A stretch of 42,283 nt of DNA from Parcubacteria group bacterium CG08_land_8_20_14_0_20_48_21 (lineage in GTDB: Bacteria > Patescibacteriota > Patescibacteriia > UBA1544): assembly GCA_002774425.1 (NCBI GenBank), contig PEYJ01000029.1:1-42283 (forward strand). Reading direction: 5' to 3'. A program made the translations under genes and the position numbers. This document shows, piece after piece, positions 28,838 to 37,708 of the stretch. The notes beneath the pieces were generated by a model, which ran no database searches, had not been told where the DNA came from, and saw only the letters and a list, made by a program, of their open reading frames with translations. The stretch's first letter is position 1; each line of letters opens with the position of its first letter.

Positions 28838-30298
28838 CTAACTCAATTCCCGCCAAAAATCATATAAAGCGATACGCAGCCAAGCAGGTCCAATTTCATA
28901 TACCATTCGCCCCCTTTCCTTCATACCTGTCCAAAATCCGTATTTTTTCTCTTTGATCGTTTGACGATAGGGGAAAACTTCATAACCAAACTTTCCCCCT
29001 CTTTTTTTGACGAAGAAGTTAAGTCCGGTTTCAACACGAAAACCTTTTTTATAAAAAGCTGGAAGCGTTTCCCAATCTTCTCGTAGGACGCAGCGTTCCC
29101 CAGTATTGATGGCAAAAAGCGGTACTACTTGCTGCTCGGCATTGCTCCGTATGCCAAGATACGTTCGATAGTGCCCTGATGTTACGGGATGAATGATCCC
29201 GTGCGCGTGCTCGGGCAAGAATCCGGATAGATCGGCATCACAGAAAAAAAGATACCTGTCCTTGGTCGCACGCACGCCCGTTTCCATAGCAGCTCCCTTG
29301 CCTTGATTTTGCTTATGGAGGATGAGGTGAACGCTGGGGAATGTTTTGCGTATCCAAAGAGGAGGATCTTTTGAGCCATCGTCAACGACGATTATTTCTG
29401 ATACATCACGACAGGCGGTAAGCGCCCGTAGCACCGGTTCAATGCGCTGCCCTTCGTTATATGCTGGCACAATAGCCGTGACCAATTTAGTATCTTTCGA
29501 GTACTGCTTTGAGTTTTTGGTTTCATAAGAGATAAAAGCACGAGAGAAAAATTTAGTTACTTCTTCAGTAACGCGATCACGTGTTTTATAGGAAAGAAAG
29601 ATATTATGCCACCCGCCGTGAAGAATAAGAGGTATTTGCTCAACGCTTTTTGTGCAGGCCATGCTTTGCGCAGCACTTTTCTCATAGGCAAACGTATCAT
29701 GCGGATCATGTATGGAAAGCAAAGGGCAGAAAATATTATTTCCCGTTCGTTGCAGAAGTTTTTTTGCCTCGATTATGATACGCAGACCTTTACCGGGCAT
29801 GGAGGGGTAAAAAAATATTTTTGATCTTTCAACGTATTCTTGCCTAGTAAAATATTTTGGCCATAACTTTTTACGCCGGGTAAGTAAGCGGGCGCACGGC
29901 AGGCTATAAGGATAACGCAACGTAAAGGGGATCAGTGTAGTAAATAGGGCAACAGGAACATGTGTTCGAGCGGACAGCATGGCAATATACGCGCCAAAGC
30001 TATGCCCTCCAACAGCAATAGGATAACCGAGTTGAGCAGCAAGAAGTACCTCATCCTCCGCCCATTGGATGTAATCGTTGAGTTCCAGCGACAGCATATT
30101 CTCAACGCGCGTTCCGTGTCCTGGCAGAATAGGAACTAAAACGCGGGCGTTGAGAGAATGGGCTAGGCACTTTGGAAGTTCACCAAAATCTGCCGTTCCT
30201 CCCGTATAGCCATGGAAGAGGATAATCGTTCTCCGAGCGTTCTTGTTGCCGTAATAAAGTGTTAGCCTTCCTTTTCTATTATCTTCCGATTGAGCCAT
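28838..30298 (-). CDS. Alpha/beta-hydrolase (carboxylesterase) fused to a GT2 glycosyltransferase
   Basis: N-terminal half: HGYTG, GHSFG, HDPHD, GWH; C-terminal half: IVPAYNE, VDDGS, NQGKG, CDAD. Confidence 0.85.
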   Translation of the reverse strand: MAQSEDNRKGRLTLYYGNKNARRTIILFHGYTGGTADFGELPKCLAHSLNARVLVPILPGHGTRVENMLSLELNDYIQWAEDEVLLAAQLGYPIAVGGHSFGAYIAMLSARTHVPVALFTTLIPFTLRYPYSLPCARLLTRRKKLWPKYFTRQEYVERSKIFFYPSMPGKGLRIIIEAKKLLQRTGNNIFCPLLSIHDPHDTFAYEKSAAQSMACTKSVEQIPLILHGGWHNIFLSYKTRDRVTEEVTKFFSRAFISYETKNSKQYSKDTKLVTAIVPAYNEGQRIEPVLRALTACRDVSEIIVVDDGSKDPPLWIRKTFPSVHLILHKQNQGKGAAMETGVRATKDRYLFFCDADLSGFLPEHAHGIIHPVTSGHYRTYLGIRSNAEQQVVPLFAINTGERCVLREDWETLPAFYKKGFRVETGLNFFVKKRGGKFGYEVFPYRQTIKEKKYGFWTGMKERGRMVYEIGPAWLRIALYDFWRELS

Positions 30299-30861
30299 AT
30301 GCGCAGTGCATAAAGGGCAACGGCAGTGAGAGCAATTATGCCGATGCCATAAGTAATATTATCAAATATTTTTGCAAGGTTTGTAATACCGCGCCCTGTT
30401 AGCCACCCTACAATGCAAATGGCCGTTGCCCAAAGCAGTGTTACGACCATGTTGTACAAGGTAAAGATCAGAAAAGGTATGGGTTTGCGCGCAAGATAAA
30501 ATATGGTCACAATACGTGTGCCGTAGAGAAACTTTGTCGTGAGCAATATAAGGAAGATGTTATTCTTAGCTATGCGCGTTGCAAATCCGGTAATTTGAGA
30601 AAATCCTTTGCGTATTTTTTCCCGCTTGTCGATCCACTTGGAAAAACGGCCGCCTACCCAGTACCAAAGTGAATCCGAAAGCAAGGTTCCAATGTAAGAA
30701 AAAATAAGAACTGTGGAAAATGGTATAAAATCTGTTGCTGAAAGTATGGCAATGAGGATAATGGTTTCTTCACCACCAAAAAAAGAGCCGATCAGCGGCA
30801 ACAAAAACAGGTAGGGAAATTGTGCGCTTGCTGCGACGAGAAACGCCTCAAAACTGCTCAT
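30262..30861 (-). CDS. DedA/VTT family membrane protein
   Basis: GGEE, GTLLSDSLWYWVG, KFLYGTR, FTLYN..TLLW. Confidence 0.85.
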   Translation of the reverse strand: MSSFEAFLVAASAQFPYLFLLPLIGSFFGGEETIILIAILSATDFIPFSTVLIFSYIGTLLSDSLWYWVGGRFSKWIDKREKIRKGFSQITGFATRIAKNNIFLILLTTKFLYGTRIVTIFYLARKPIPFLIFTLYNMVVTLLWATAICIVGWLTGRGITNLAKIFDNITYGIGIIALTAVALYALRIWLNRKIIEKEG

Positions 30862-30956
30862 AGATGAGATGCCATCGGATGGCAAAGATGTGTTTGCGAA
30901 TATATATCAAACCACCTCATCAGTATAGCAAATAAACAGGCTAACAAAAACATTCC

Positions 30957-30985
30957 CTCACGGGGGTGGAGTTTTGCATAAAAAA
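30957..30985 (+). repeat. 29-bp direct repeat, copy 2
   Basis: Identical to 28642-28670 but lacks the left hairpin arm. Confidence 0.95.
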
Positions 30986-31028
30986 ACCGCCATGGAACAA
31001 TTGGCGGCTTTGTGCGGAGAGTATTTTG

Positions 31029-31352
31029 TCATGATGATGCCTCTTGCAAGGAGTTTTGATATGCGGGCTTGATCCACAAGAGTTCAGAGTCTGCTGTAAT
31101 GTAACAAATTTGCAGCGGAAGAAAGGTAAAAAACTCCTCGCGCGATCCTGCGAAGAAAGCGAATCCGCCCAATGGACTGTACGTGATCCTACCTTCTATA
31201 ACGGTAATAATGTTGTCAATCACGTTCACCCTTTTTGGCACATCATGAGTAGCCACACCATCCATAAGTTCAATCAAGTAAGGTCCGCGATGCATCCAAA
31301 AACCGCACCGGTTGGTAAATGTACTCCATGTACTGCGGCTGTTTTCCGGCAT
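31029..31352 (-). CDS. Hypothetical protein
   Basis: AAAGGA SD before ATG; 107 aa; followed by a hairpin near 30985-31010 and a T-run on the minus strand. Confidence 0.45.
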   Translation of the reverse strand: MPENSRSTWSTFTNRCGFWMHRGPYLIELMDGVATHDVPKRVNVIDNIITVIEGRITYSPLGGFAFFAGSREEFFTFLPLQICYITADSELLWIKPAYQNSLQEASS

Positions 31353-31484
31353 GGCACGTTCCTTTTAGCGTGGGGGGTGGTAAGAGCGTATGTACGAAAT
31401 ATACTAGCACCATTTTATGCAGTTGTACAGAGCCACATAAGCATCCATGGTACTATAGATCAACGGTTTCTTACTCCATACGTA

Positions 31485-31515
31485 AAACACCCTCGGTTAC
31501 TGCCGAGGGTGTTTA
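31485..31515 (-). terminator. Terminator of the RRM gene
   Basis: AAACACCCTCGG-ttactg-CCGAGGGTGTTT. Confidence 0.8.
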
Positions 31516-31530
31516 GAGAAGTTGATGTGA

Positions 31531-31833
31531 TTACCACTTGGAACCGCCGCCGCGATTGAATCCGCCGCCAGATCTGGGGCGCTCTTCTTGCGGGCGCGCT
31601 TCATTAACCGTAATGGTTCTACCGTCAAGCTCTTTTCCGTTGAACATGTCAATCGCTTTAGTGGCATCACCTTCCGTGGCAAATTCCACGAAGCCGAATC
31701 CCTTGGAGCGATTGGTCATCCTATCCATAATGATGGTAGCGGATGCCACTTCCCCCGCCTGGGAGAAATAGTCGCGCAGACCGTCTTCTGAAGTGTTGTA
31801 GGATAAACCGCCAACGTATAACTTTTTTGACAT
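31531..31833 (-). CDS. RRM (RNP-1) RNA-binding protein with Gly-rich tail
   Basis: RNP2 LYVGGL, RNP1 KGFGFVEF, VNEARP. Confidence 0.95.
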   Translation of the reverse strand: MSKKLYVGGLSYNTSEDGLRDYFSQAGEVASATIIMDRMTNRSKGFGFVEFATEGDATKAIDMFNGKELDGRTITVNEARPQEERPRSGGGFNRGGGSKW

Positions 31834-32087
31834 ACTTTCCTTACAAAATCTTTGACTGAATAAAACGTAAGCCGACCTGCCTTAGGCACTCTCTTTGAAC
31901 CTGACACAAAAATAATGTAAGGAGAGAAAGCGTAAGTTACTTACAGAACATAGCATACAGCATTTACGAATTATTGTCAACACCTTATTGACGTAAAATA
32001 ATGGTTATGCTACATCTATGCATTCATCTTCCCCATGCGCCGTACATGAGAAAATAATTGCGGCTATGGAAAACAACAACACCTATC

Positions 32088-33716
32088 ATGTCAAAAAAGA
32101 GAGTGTTTTTGAGGCGCGGTGGGATACGTATATTACCTATGTTCGTTGGTGCGGGGTTCGTGTGGGTTGGCATTTTCGGGCTATGGTGGTTTCAGTCTCG
32201 GCATGTGCCATCAAATTATAGCGGCATGTGGCACGGCATAGATGTCTTGCTATTTGGTTTGCTGACGCTGGTTGTATGGTATCAGATGGTGAGTGAAATG
32301 CTGACCTGGGAAGTCGCGCTGTTTATGAAAAAACCAAAGCATACCGCACCTCCTGGTGGGCTGAAAGTCGCGTTATGCACCACATTTGTTCCCGGAAAAG
32401 AACCCTATGACCTGCTTGAAACAACGCTCAAAAAAATGGCTGCGGTCGCGTATCCGCATGACACGTGGCTTTTGGATGAGGGTGATGACCCGTGCGCAAA
32501 AAAATTATGCAAGCGGTACGGGGTGCTGCACTATACGCGATGGGGCAAGTCGGAATATAATACCGAAGATGGCGCCTACAAAAAGAAAACCAAAGCAGGA
32601 AACTACAATGCATGGTTTACCGTACATGGTGCCGCATACGATATTGTGGCACAGCACGACGTTGATTTCATGCCGAGACAAATGTACCTTCACCGGATAC
32701 TCGGCTATTTTAAGGACCCCGATATCGCGTTTGTCGGAACTCCGCAACTCTACGGGAATGAAGAAGATTCCTGGATTGCCAAAGGTGCCGCAGAACAGGC
32801 ATACGGATTTTACGGTCCTACGCAGAAAGGTCTCTTCGGGCATGACATGCAATTATTTATTGGCGCAAACCATGCGATACGCGTTGCGGCGCACAATGAT
32901 ATTACGGGCTACTCGGGACACATTGTGGAAGACCATTTGACCGGCATGAGAATCTACGCCAATCGCTGGAAGAGTGTCTATGTGCCGGAGGCGCTTTTGA
33001 TAGGTGAAGGTCCCGCAACGTGGGATGCGTACTTCAGCCAGCAGATGCGCTGGGCATTTGGGCTCATGGACATACTCTTTCGGCACAGTCCGAAACTCAT
33101 TCCCCGAATGCGCGCACACCACGGACTGCATTACTTTTTGTTGCAGCACTACTATTTCTATGGCATGGTGCAAGCGATCGGGTTGTTGCTACTTTCCCTT
33201 TATTTCTTTTTTGGCATGCAATCTACCTCCATGGAAGGGTACACGTGGCTTCTCTTCTATTCGGTATTTCTCATACTACAAATTGTTATTTTTCTTTGGC
33301 TGCAGCGTTATTACATCAGGCCGCAGCACGAGTCCGGATTTCACCTTCGCGGGAAATTGCTGAATGTGGCAGTTTGGCCGGTGTATATGGTGGCGTTTTT
33401 CGGGGCGTTGGTCGGCAAGAAATTGCCCTATCGCGTAACACCCAAAGGATCGGCGCAAGCCATGGATACTCCTCCCGCCCTTTCACTTTTTATTCCGCAC
33501 CTGCTTCTCGGCCCTATAAGTTTTGTAGGCAGCATGGTTGGATACGTCAAGGGTAATGCCGCGCCGCAACTCATGTTTTGGGCAATGCTCAATACGGTAT
33601 GCATGTACGGTTTTGTTTTGCTTGCTGCGTATACTACCGTCAAACATACCATACAAAAACGCAACAAGAAGCATCTTACGGAAACCGTTTTGCACTACAA
33701 AGAAGAAGCTCCGTAG
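32088..33716 (+). CDS. Processive GT2 glycosyltransferase (cellulose synthase-like)
   Basis: LLDEG, TKAGNYN, HDVDF, GTPQ, VEDH, QQMRW (D,D,D,QxxRW); multiple TM helices; no PilZ domain evident. Confidence 0.88.
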   Translation: MSKKRVFLRRGGIRILPMFVGAGFVWVGIFGLWWFQSRHVPSNYSGMWHGIDVLLFGLLTLVVWYQMVSEMLTWEVALFMKKPKHTAPPGGLKVALCTTFVPGKEPYDLLETTLKKMAAVAYPHDTWLLDEGDDPCAKKLCKRYGVLHYTRWGKSEYNTEDGAYKKKTKAGNYNAWFTVHGAAYDIVAQHDVDFMPRQMYLHRILGYFKDPDIAFVGTPQLYGNEEDSWIAKGAAEQAYGFYGPTQKGLFGHDMQLFIGANHAIRVAAHNDITGYSGHIVEDHLTGMRIYANRWKSVYVPEALLIGEGPATWDAYFSQQMRWAFGLMDILFRHSPKLIPRMRAHHGLHYFLLQHYYFYGMVQAIGLLLLSLYFFFGMQSTSMEGYTWLLFYSVFLILQIVIFLWLQRYYIRPQHESGFHLRGKLLNVAVWPVYMVAFFGALVGKKLPYRVTPKGSAQAMDTPPALSLFIPHLLLGPISFVGSMVGYVKGNAAPQLMFWAMLNTVCMYGFVLLAAYTTVKHTIQKRNKKHLTETVLHYKEEAP

Positions 33717-33730
33717 GAGGAGCTTCTTCT
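33701..33730. terminator. Bidirectional hairpin between convergent genes
   Basis: AGAAGAAGCTCC-gtagga-GGAGCTTCTTCT. Confidence 0.7.
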
Positions 33731-33761
33731 CATGTTCACGGTATTGCTTGTGGGTGTGTGG

Positions 33762-34640
33762 TTACTCAACATTAATGGCAGCATCTACGGTTGTTTCAGT
33801 ATTTACCGCAAGGGACGTGACGAGCGTTTTGAGCACCAAACCGAATCTTGCCGCCGTGGAGAGTTCAGCGGATGTTTCTGCGGACGTAACCGCATCTGCA
33901 ACCGCTGCATGTAATGCTGTCTCATTGAGTTCGGCATCAACTTTATACAAAAATCGGTACCAAGGGAAGCGCACCTTCACCTGCTGCGGCATGCGCCCGC
34001 GTATCCCGTCGCCAAACGTAACTTCAGTTTCACTCTTGATGGTTGTGGCGAACATACCTAAGAACTTCGCGGGTACTTTATAGGAAATATGTTCGCTGTC
34101 CGTATCGGCTTCAACTGATGCGACTTTCGGATCGCGCAGCAGAATCCCGGTGGCAAAATTTTCCAAATCCTGCTCCGATTGGAGTTGCGCATGCGCTTTT
34201 ACCGTTTGCATAAACGCCGCTTTCTTTTCCGCGTCCCATCCGCGTACGAGTACCGCGCTTACCGCAACATTGTTGCCGGATGACAGAAAACCGTTAGGGG
34301 TAGTGGTAGCGGTTTCAGTATCCTTGCCCGCGCGATCCTGCGCGTTAGCGCGCATTTCTCTACCCGCGCCACCACGGTCATTATCGGTATCTTCCTCATC
34401 ATATTCCGTCGCACCATCATCGGATGCGGAAGCACCTATTTCCAGAGCCTCGGTTGCATAAATGGCAGGTTTGTCATATTTTTCGTACAGATCAGCCGTG
34501 GCCGTGGCATTGATTGCAGCTTCCATGACCTCCGTTTGTACGCCAACAGTAAGCTGCGCGTTGCCTTGCCGCGCAGCCTGCGCGCTTGCAACAAAGGGGA
34601 AAATAACCATGAGGAGAAAAGACACAAGAGTAGCCTGCAT
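33762..34640 (-). CDS. Hypothetical secreted protein
   Basis: Signal peptide ending VASAQA; acidic linker; C-terminal YKVPAKFLGMF...VKVRFPWYRFL. Confidence 0.75.
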   Translation of the reverse strand: MQATLVSFLLMVIFPFVASAQAARQGNAQLTVGVQTEVMEAAINATATADLYEKYDKPAIYATEALEIGASASDDGATEYDEEDTDNDRGGAGREMRANAQDRAGKDTETATTTPNGFLSSGNNVAVSAVLVRGWDAEKKAAFMQTVKAHAQLQSEQDLENFATGILLRDPKVASVEADTDSEHISYKVPAKFLGMFATTIKSETEVTFGDGIRGRMPQQVKVRFPWYRFLYKVDAELNETALHAAVADAVTSAETSAELSTAARFGLVLKTLVTSLAVNTETTVDAAINVE

Positions 34641-34923
34641 AGAAAAGTTCGTATGTAAGATAAATATAATGTAGGTAGTGCGATAGGTACATGGCTATTA
34701 TGCGGAAAAAAGTTACAACCTGATCCATCCTACAGATGTGCATTGGACATCGGCAGGATGGTTTTTTGAGGGTAGAAAACCTTGTAAAAACCTGTCTGTT
34801 CCAGTATAAAACTGGAAACGATAACTCACCATACCGTACTATTGTCAAATATATGGCGTTCGTTTGGTATTGTGGTTGTGGGTGCGGCGTGGTTTTACCG
34901 ATATACTAGGTCAAGAAAACCGG

Positions 34924-34952
34924 TTGACATACCTATCGTGCTACGCTACACT
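34924..34952 (+). promoter_or_regulatory. Promoter of tRNA-Asn
   Basis: TTGACA-17 nt-TACACT. Confidence 0.75.
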
Positions 34953-34979
34953 ATTTTTGTTCTTTTCATAAAGAAATAT

Positions 34980-35054
34980 TCCGGGGTAGCTCAGCGGTAG
35001 AGCAGTTGACTGTTAATCAATTGGTCGTGGGTTCGAATCCCACCCCCGGAGCCA
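34980..35054 (+). tRNA. tRNA-Asn(GTT), likely integration site
   Basis: TCCGGGG/CCCCGGA acceptor, GTTGA-CTGTTAA-TCAAT anticodon arm, GCCA end. Confidence 0.97.
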
Positions 35055-36656
35055 TATGGGATGAGCAGAGCCAAAAGCTCTGCTTTTCTCTTTATTTACG
35101 GGCTTATTCAGATGTTCGAATATTTTATTTTGGTCTATTTTCTCTCCCATAAGCTCGCCGACTCGGTCAAAGATGATTTTAAACGCTTTGTGAAGGGAAA
35201 CCTCGACTTTTTTGCCGTTTAGCGTAGTGTTCGAAAAAATCAGGGACAAAAGTAGTTTTTTATCGTCCACCATCTCCACTTTGTTCCGGTTGATGTAAAT
35301 TTTCCATGCTTGCTTGGCCACTTGGAGGACCGTCACGCCCATTTCGAAGTATTTCAGGTTGGCATCCTTGTGCTTGTTGAGGTTGTCCAGTATCTGCTCC
35401 TGCTCAATTTTGTATTGCTCAAATTTCTTTTTATAAAAATCCTCGCTGATTTTCTCGTCGATCTTGTTATCGTATATCTTGTCCAGCCGTTGCGTGGCCA
35501 CTTCATACCGGCGGTTGAGCTCGGCCGTTGATTTGTTGCGGAATTCTATTTCCTCGCTATGGCTTTCCTTGAGAGCTTCCTGGACCCAGGAGAGCATACT
35601 TTCCACGGCCTGTTCGCCTTTGGGGTTCAGCGAGTTCATGGTTTCTATCAGTTGTGTGTCCAAGACTTCCTGCCGGACAAACTCCCTTTGTTGGCAGTTT
35701 TTATAATGGTTGCAGTGGCCGTACCAGTGGCCTCGTTGTATTTCCCATGTTATCCGGCCTTTGCATTCGTTACAGCGGAAGACGTTTTTAAAGAGCGGAT
35801 TATGCTTGAAATATCTCGGCGTGCCGTTGGTATGCATGATTTCCTGGCACCGGTCATATAGCTCTTTGGTGATGAGCGGTTCGTGTTCACCTTTGGTCAG
35901 CCGGCCGTCCCAGCGGTTCGTGCCGAAGTAGAACGGATCGCCGAGAAGTTGATGGACTCTTGAATGGCTTACTTTATTTCCTCCACGGGACCGCAAGCCT
36001 TCAGCATAGATGACTTCGGACAGTTTTTTGGTTGAGTAGCGGTTAGTGGCGTATAAGTCAAACATTTTTTTAATGAGCGGCGACTTGTCCGGATCAATCA
36101 CATGGATTTTATGTCCTTTTTCGCCAATGGTTTTATATCCAAGCGGCGGTTTGGCCGGAAGCCAGCCTTGGGACAGTTTTTCTTTTTGTCCTTTCCTGAC
36201 GTTTTCAGAAAGCAGTCGGATATAATACTCGGCTGTGGCGACTTTAACTCGCCACATAAACCATTCGTGCGACTTGGAGTCTTTGTGAAGAGTACAGCCT
36301 TCTTTCACCAGATGAATGGTATGTTTTTCATCGGCCAGTATCCATTCGTCGATCACCGGCACATCCGCGAAGTTACGGGTCAGACGATCGGTTGTTTCCA
36401 CGAAGACCGTGTTGATCTTGGTTTTGGTTACATATTCCAGCATCTCATGGAATATTTTTCGCTGGATTTTTCCGGCGGCCGATTCCTGAATAGCAAAAAC
36501 CTTCGTGAGCTCAAAGCCGTTCCGGTCGGCATAGTCATGAAGGAGTTTTTCTTGAGCCGGCAAAGAGTAGCCGGAGTCCTCTTGATCCTTTGAGGAGACA
36601 CGGGCGTATCCCACGGCTCGCATTGATTCATTTTCGTTTTGCATTGTCATAGTCAT
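35013..36656 (-). CDS. Large serine recombinase (resolvase-recombinase-Zn ribbon)
   Basis: YARVSSKDQ catalytic Ser, DRLTRN, PPLGY, HEPLIT, CNEC..C..C, coiled coil; start at 36656, 36650 or 36644. Confidence 0.93.
   Translation of the reverse strand: MTMTMQNENESMRAVGYARVSSKDQEDSGYSLPAQEKLLHDYADRNGFELTKVFAIQESAAGKIQRKIFHEMLEYVTKTKINTVFVETTDRLTRNFADVPVIDEWILADEKHTIHLVKEGCTLHKDSKSHEWFMWRVKVATAEYYIRLLSENVRKGQKEKLSQGWLPAKPPLGYKTIGEKGHKIHVIDPDKSPLIKKMFDLYATNRYSTKKLSEVIYAEGLRSRGGNKVSHSRVHQLLGDPFYFGTNRWDGRLTKGEHEPLITKELYDRCQEIMHTNGTPRYFKHNPLFKNVFRCNECKGRITWEIQRGHWYGHCNHYKNCQQREFVRQEVLDTQLIETMNSLNPKGEQAVESMLSWVQEALKESHSEEIEFRNKSTAELNRRYEVATQRLDKIYDNKIDEKISEDFYKKKFEQYKIEQEQILDNLNKHKDANLKYFEMGVTVLQVAKQAWKIYINRNKVEMVDDKKLLLSLIFSNTTLNGKKVEVSLHKAFKIIFDRVGELMGEKIDQNKIFEHLNKPVNKEKSRAFGSAHPIWLRGWDSNPRPID
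35064..35093 (+). terminator. tRNA-Asn terminator lying within the recombinase ORF (antisense)
   Basis: AGCAGAGC-caaaa-GCTCTGCT-TTTCTCTTT. Confidence 0.7.
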
Positions 36657-36790
36657 TTTTTTGTTAATAATTATTTGTTCGAATGCGACCTTTGGTACCA
36701 AGACACACCATACGCTAATTTTTAGAACAAGCTAAGCTCGAGTTGCCCACATGCTTGGATTTTTCTCAAAATGTTGTAATTTCCTGTAAT

Positions 36791-36934
36791 TTGTTGCATT
36801 TAAGTGTATTTATCCTTGTGTAAATTTTTACCAGATTTGTTGGCTTATGTTGGGTTTTGCCGGGTTTTAGTGTATTTATTTTTGTTCGATTCATTGCCGT
36901 TTACTGCTGATTGTTGCCGTTAAGTGTATTTATC
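36791..36934. repeat. Three direct repeats of AGTGTATTTAT
   Basis: Copies at 36803, 36869 and 36923; the outer two extend to 22/24 nt (TTGTTGCnnTTAAGTGTATTTATC), 120 bp apart. Confidence 0.8.
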
Positions 36935-37146
36935 ATTTCCTGTTTTTCCTGAAGTTTCCGGATCAGAATTTGATCCTCGGCATATCGGCTATAAGCTTCT
37001 CTTAAGAATCCTTTCGCTCTGAACCACGACTTGACTGTATCGAGAGTCACTCCCACTTCACTGGCGATTTTCTCATAAGGGACACTAAGCCACCGCATCT
37101 CGATTGCTCGTTTGTGCCACGGTCTTAAGTAAGTGAGCTTGGGCAT
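36901..37146 (-). CDS. Small helix-turn-helix protein
   Basis: PYEKIASEVGVTLDTVKSWF HTH. Confidence 0.75.
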   Translation of the reverse strand: MPKLTYLRPWHKRAIEMRWLSVPYEKIASEVGVTLDTVKSWFRAKGFLREAYSRYAEDQILIRKLQEKQEMINTLNGNNQQ

Positions 37147-37147
37147 A

Positions 37148-37708
37148 TTACTTGATGGACATCTTGCGAAGTAATTCCGCTCTGGCTTCGGCGATGCTTT
37201 TTAATTTCTCGGACCGGCCGTTAACTTCTTTATAATTTTCTTTAATTTCTTTTAAATCCTTAACTTCTATATCATCGCCGTCCCATGCGGTCTGCTTGTC
37301 ATGCCGTCCGGTTTTACATGCTGATTGGTTTCCACCCTGCGTCAGATGTAGGACGGAGAGCAAGGTAATACTCCGGGGCTTGAACTTGGCATCTTCGCCC
37401 CGGGTTTTTGTGATTGCGATAAAACTCCACTCCTCGAGCTTGGCCAAACACTTCTTAATCGTTCGCCAGTCTTTTAAGCCGGAATAAATTAGAAGCGTTT
37501 TATTTGATGCTTCTACGGTCTGGCTTGCTTTGTTGGAGGCGATCTCGGTCAAGGCACAGTACACATTGCATAAGTTGCGAAACGCATCCACGCCGATGTG
37601 CTTATCAAGCCATTGCTGTCGCATGTATCGCAAAGCCGGCTTATCCTGATAAGCAAATGGAGCTTCGCGGTAATCCCTGACTTTATGATTTTTATTTTGC
37701 TGGTTCAT
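37148..37708 (-). CDS. Putative winged-HTH replication initiator-like protein
   Basis: VYCAL..IAS..EASNKTL...SGLKDWRTIKKCLAKLEEWSFI resembles the phage replisome-organiser HTH; K/E-rich tail. Confidence 0.5.
   Translation of the reverse strand: MNQQNKNHKVRDYREAPFAYQDKPALRYMRQQWLDKHIGVDAFRNLCNVYCALTEIASNKASQTVEASNKTLLIYSGLKDWRTIKKCLAKLEEWSFIAITKTRGEDAKFKPRSITLLSVLHLTQGGNQSACKTGRHDKQTAWDGDDIEVKDLKEIKENYKEVNGRSEKLKSIAEARAELLRKMSIK

Noticed and set aside
31044-31559. 171-aa plus-strand ORF
   Set aside because: Runs through the RRM terminator and gene end; the minus-strand ORF has the better SD and terminator
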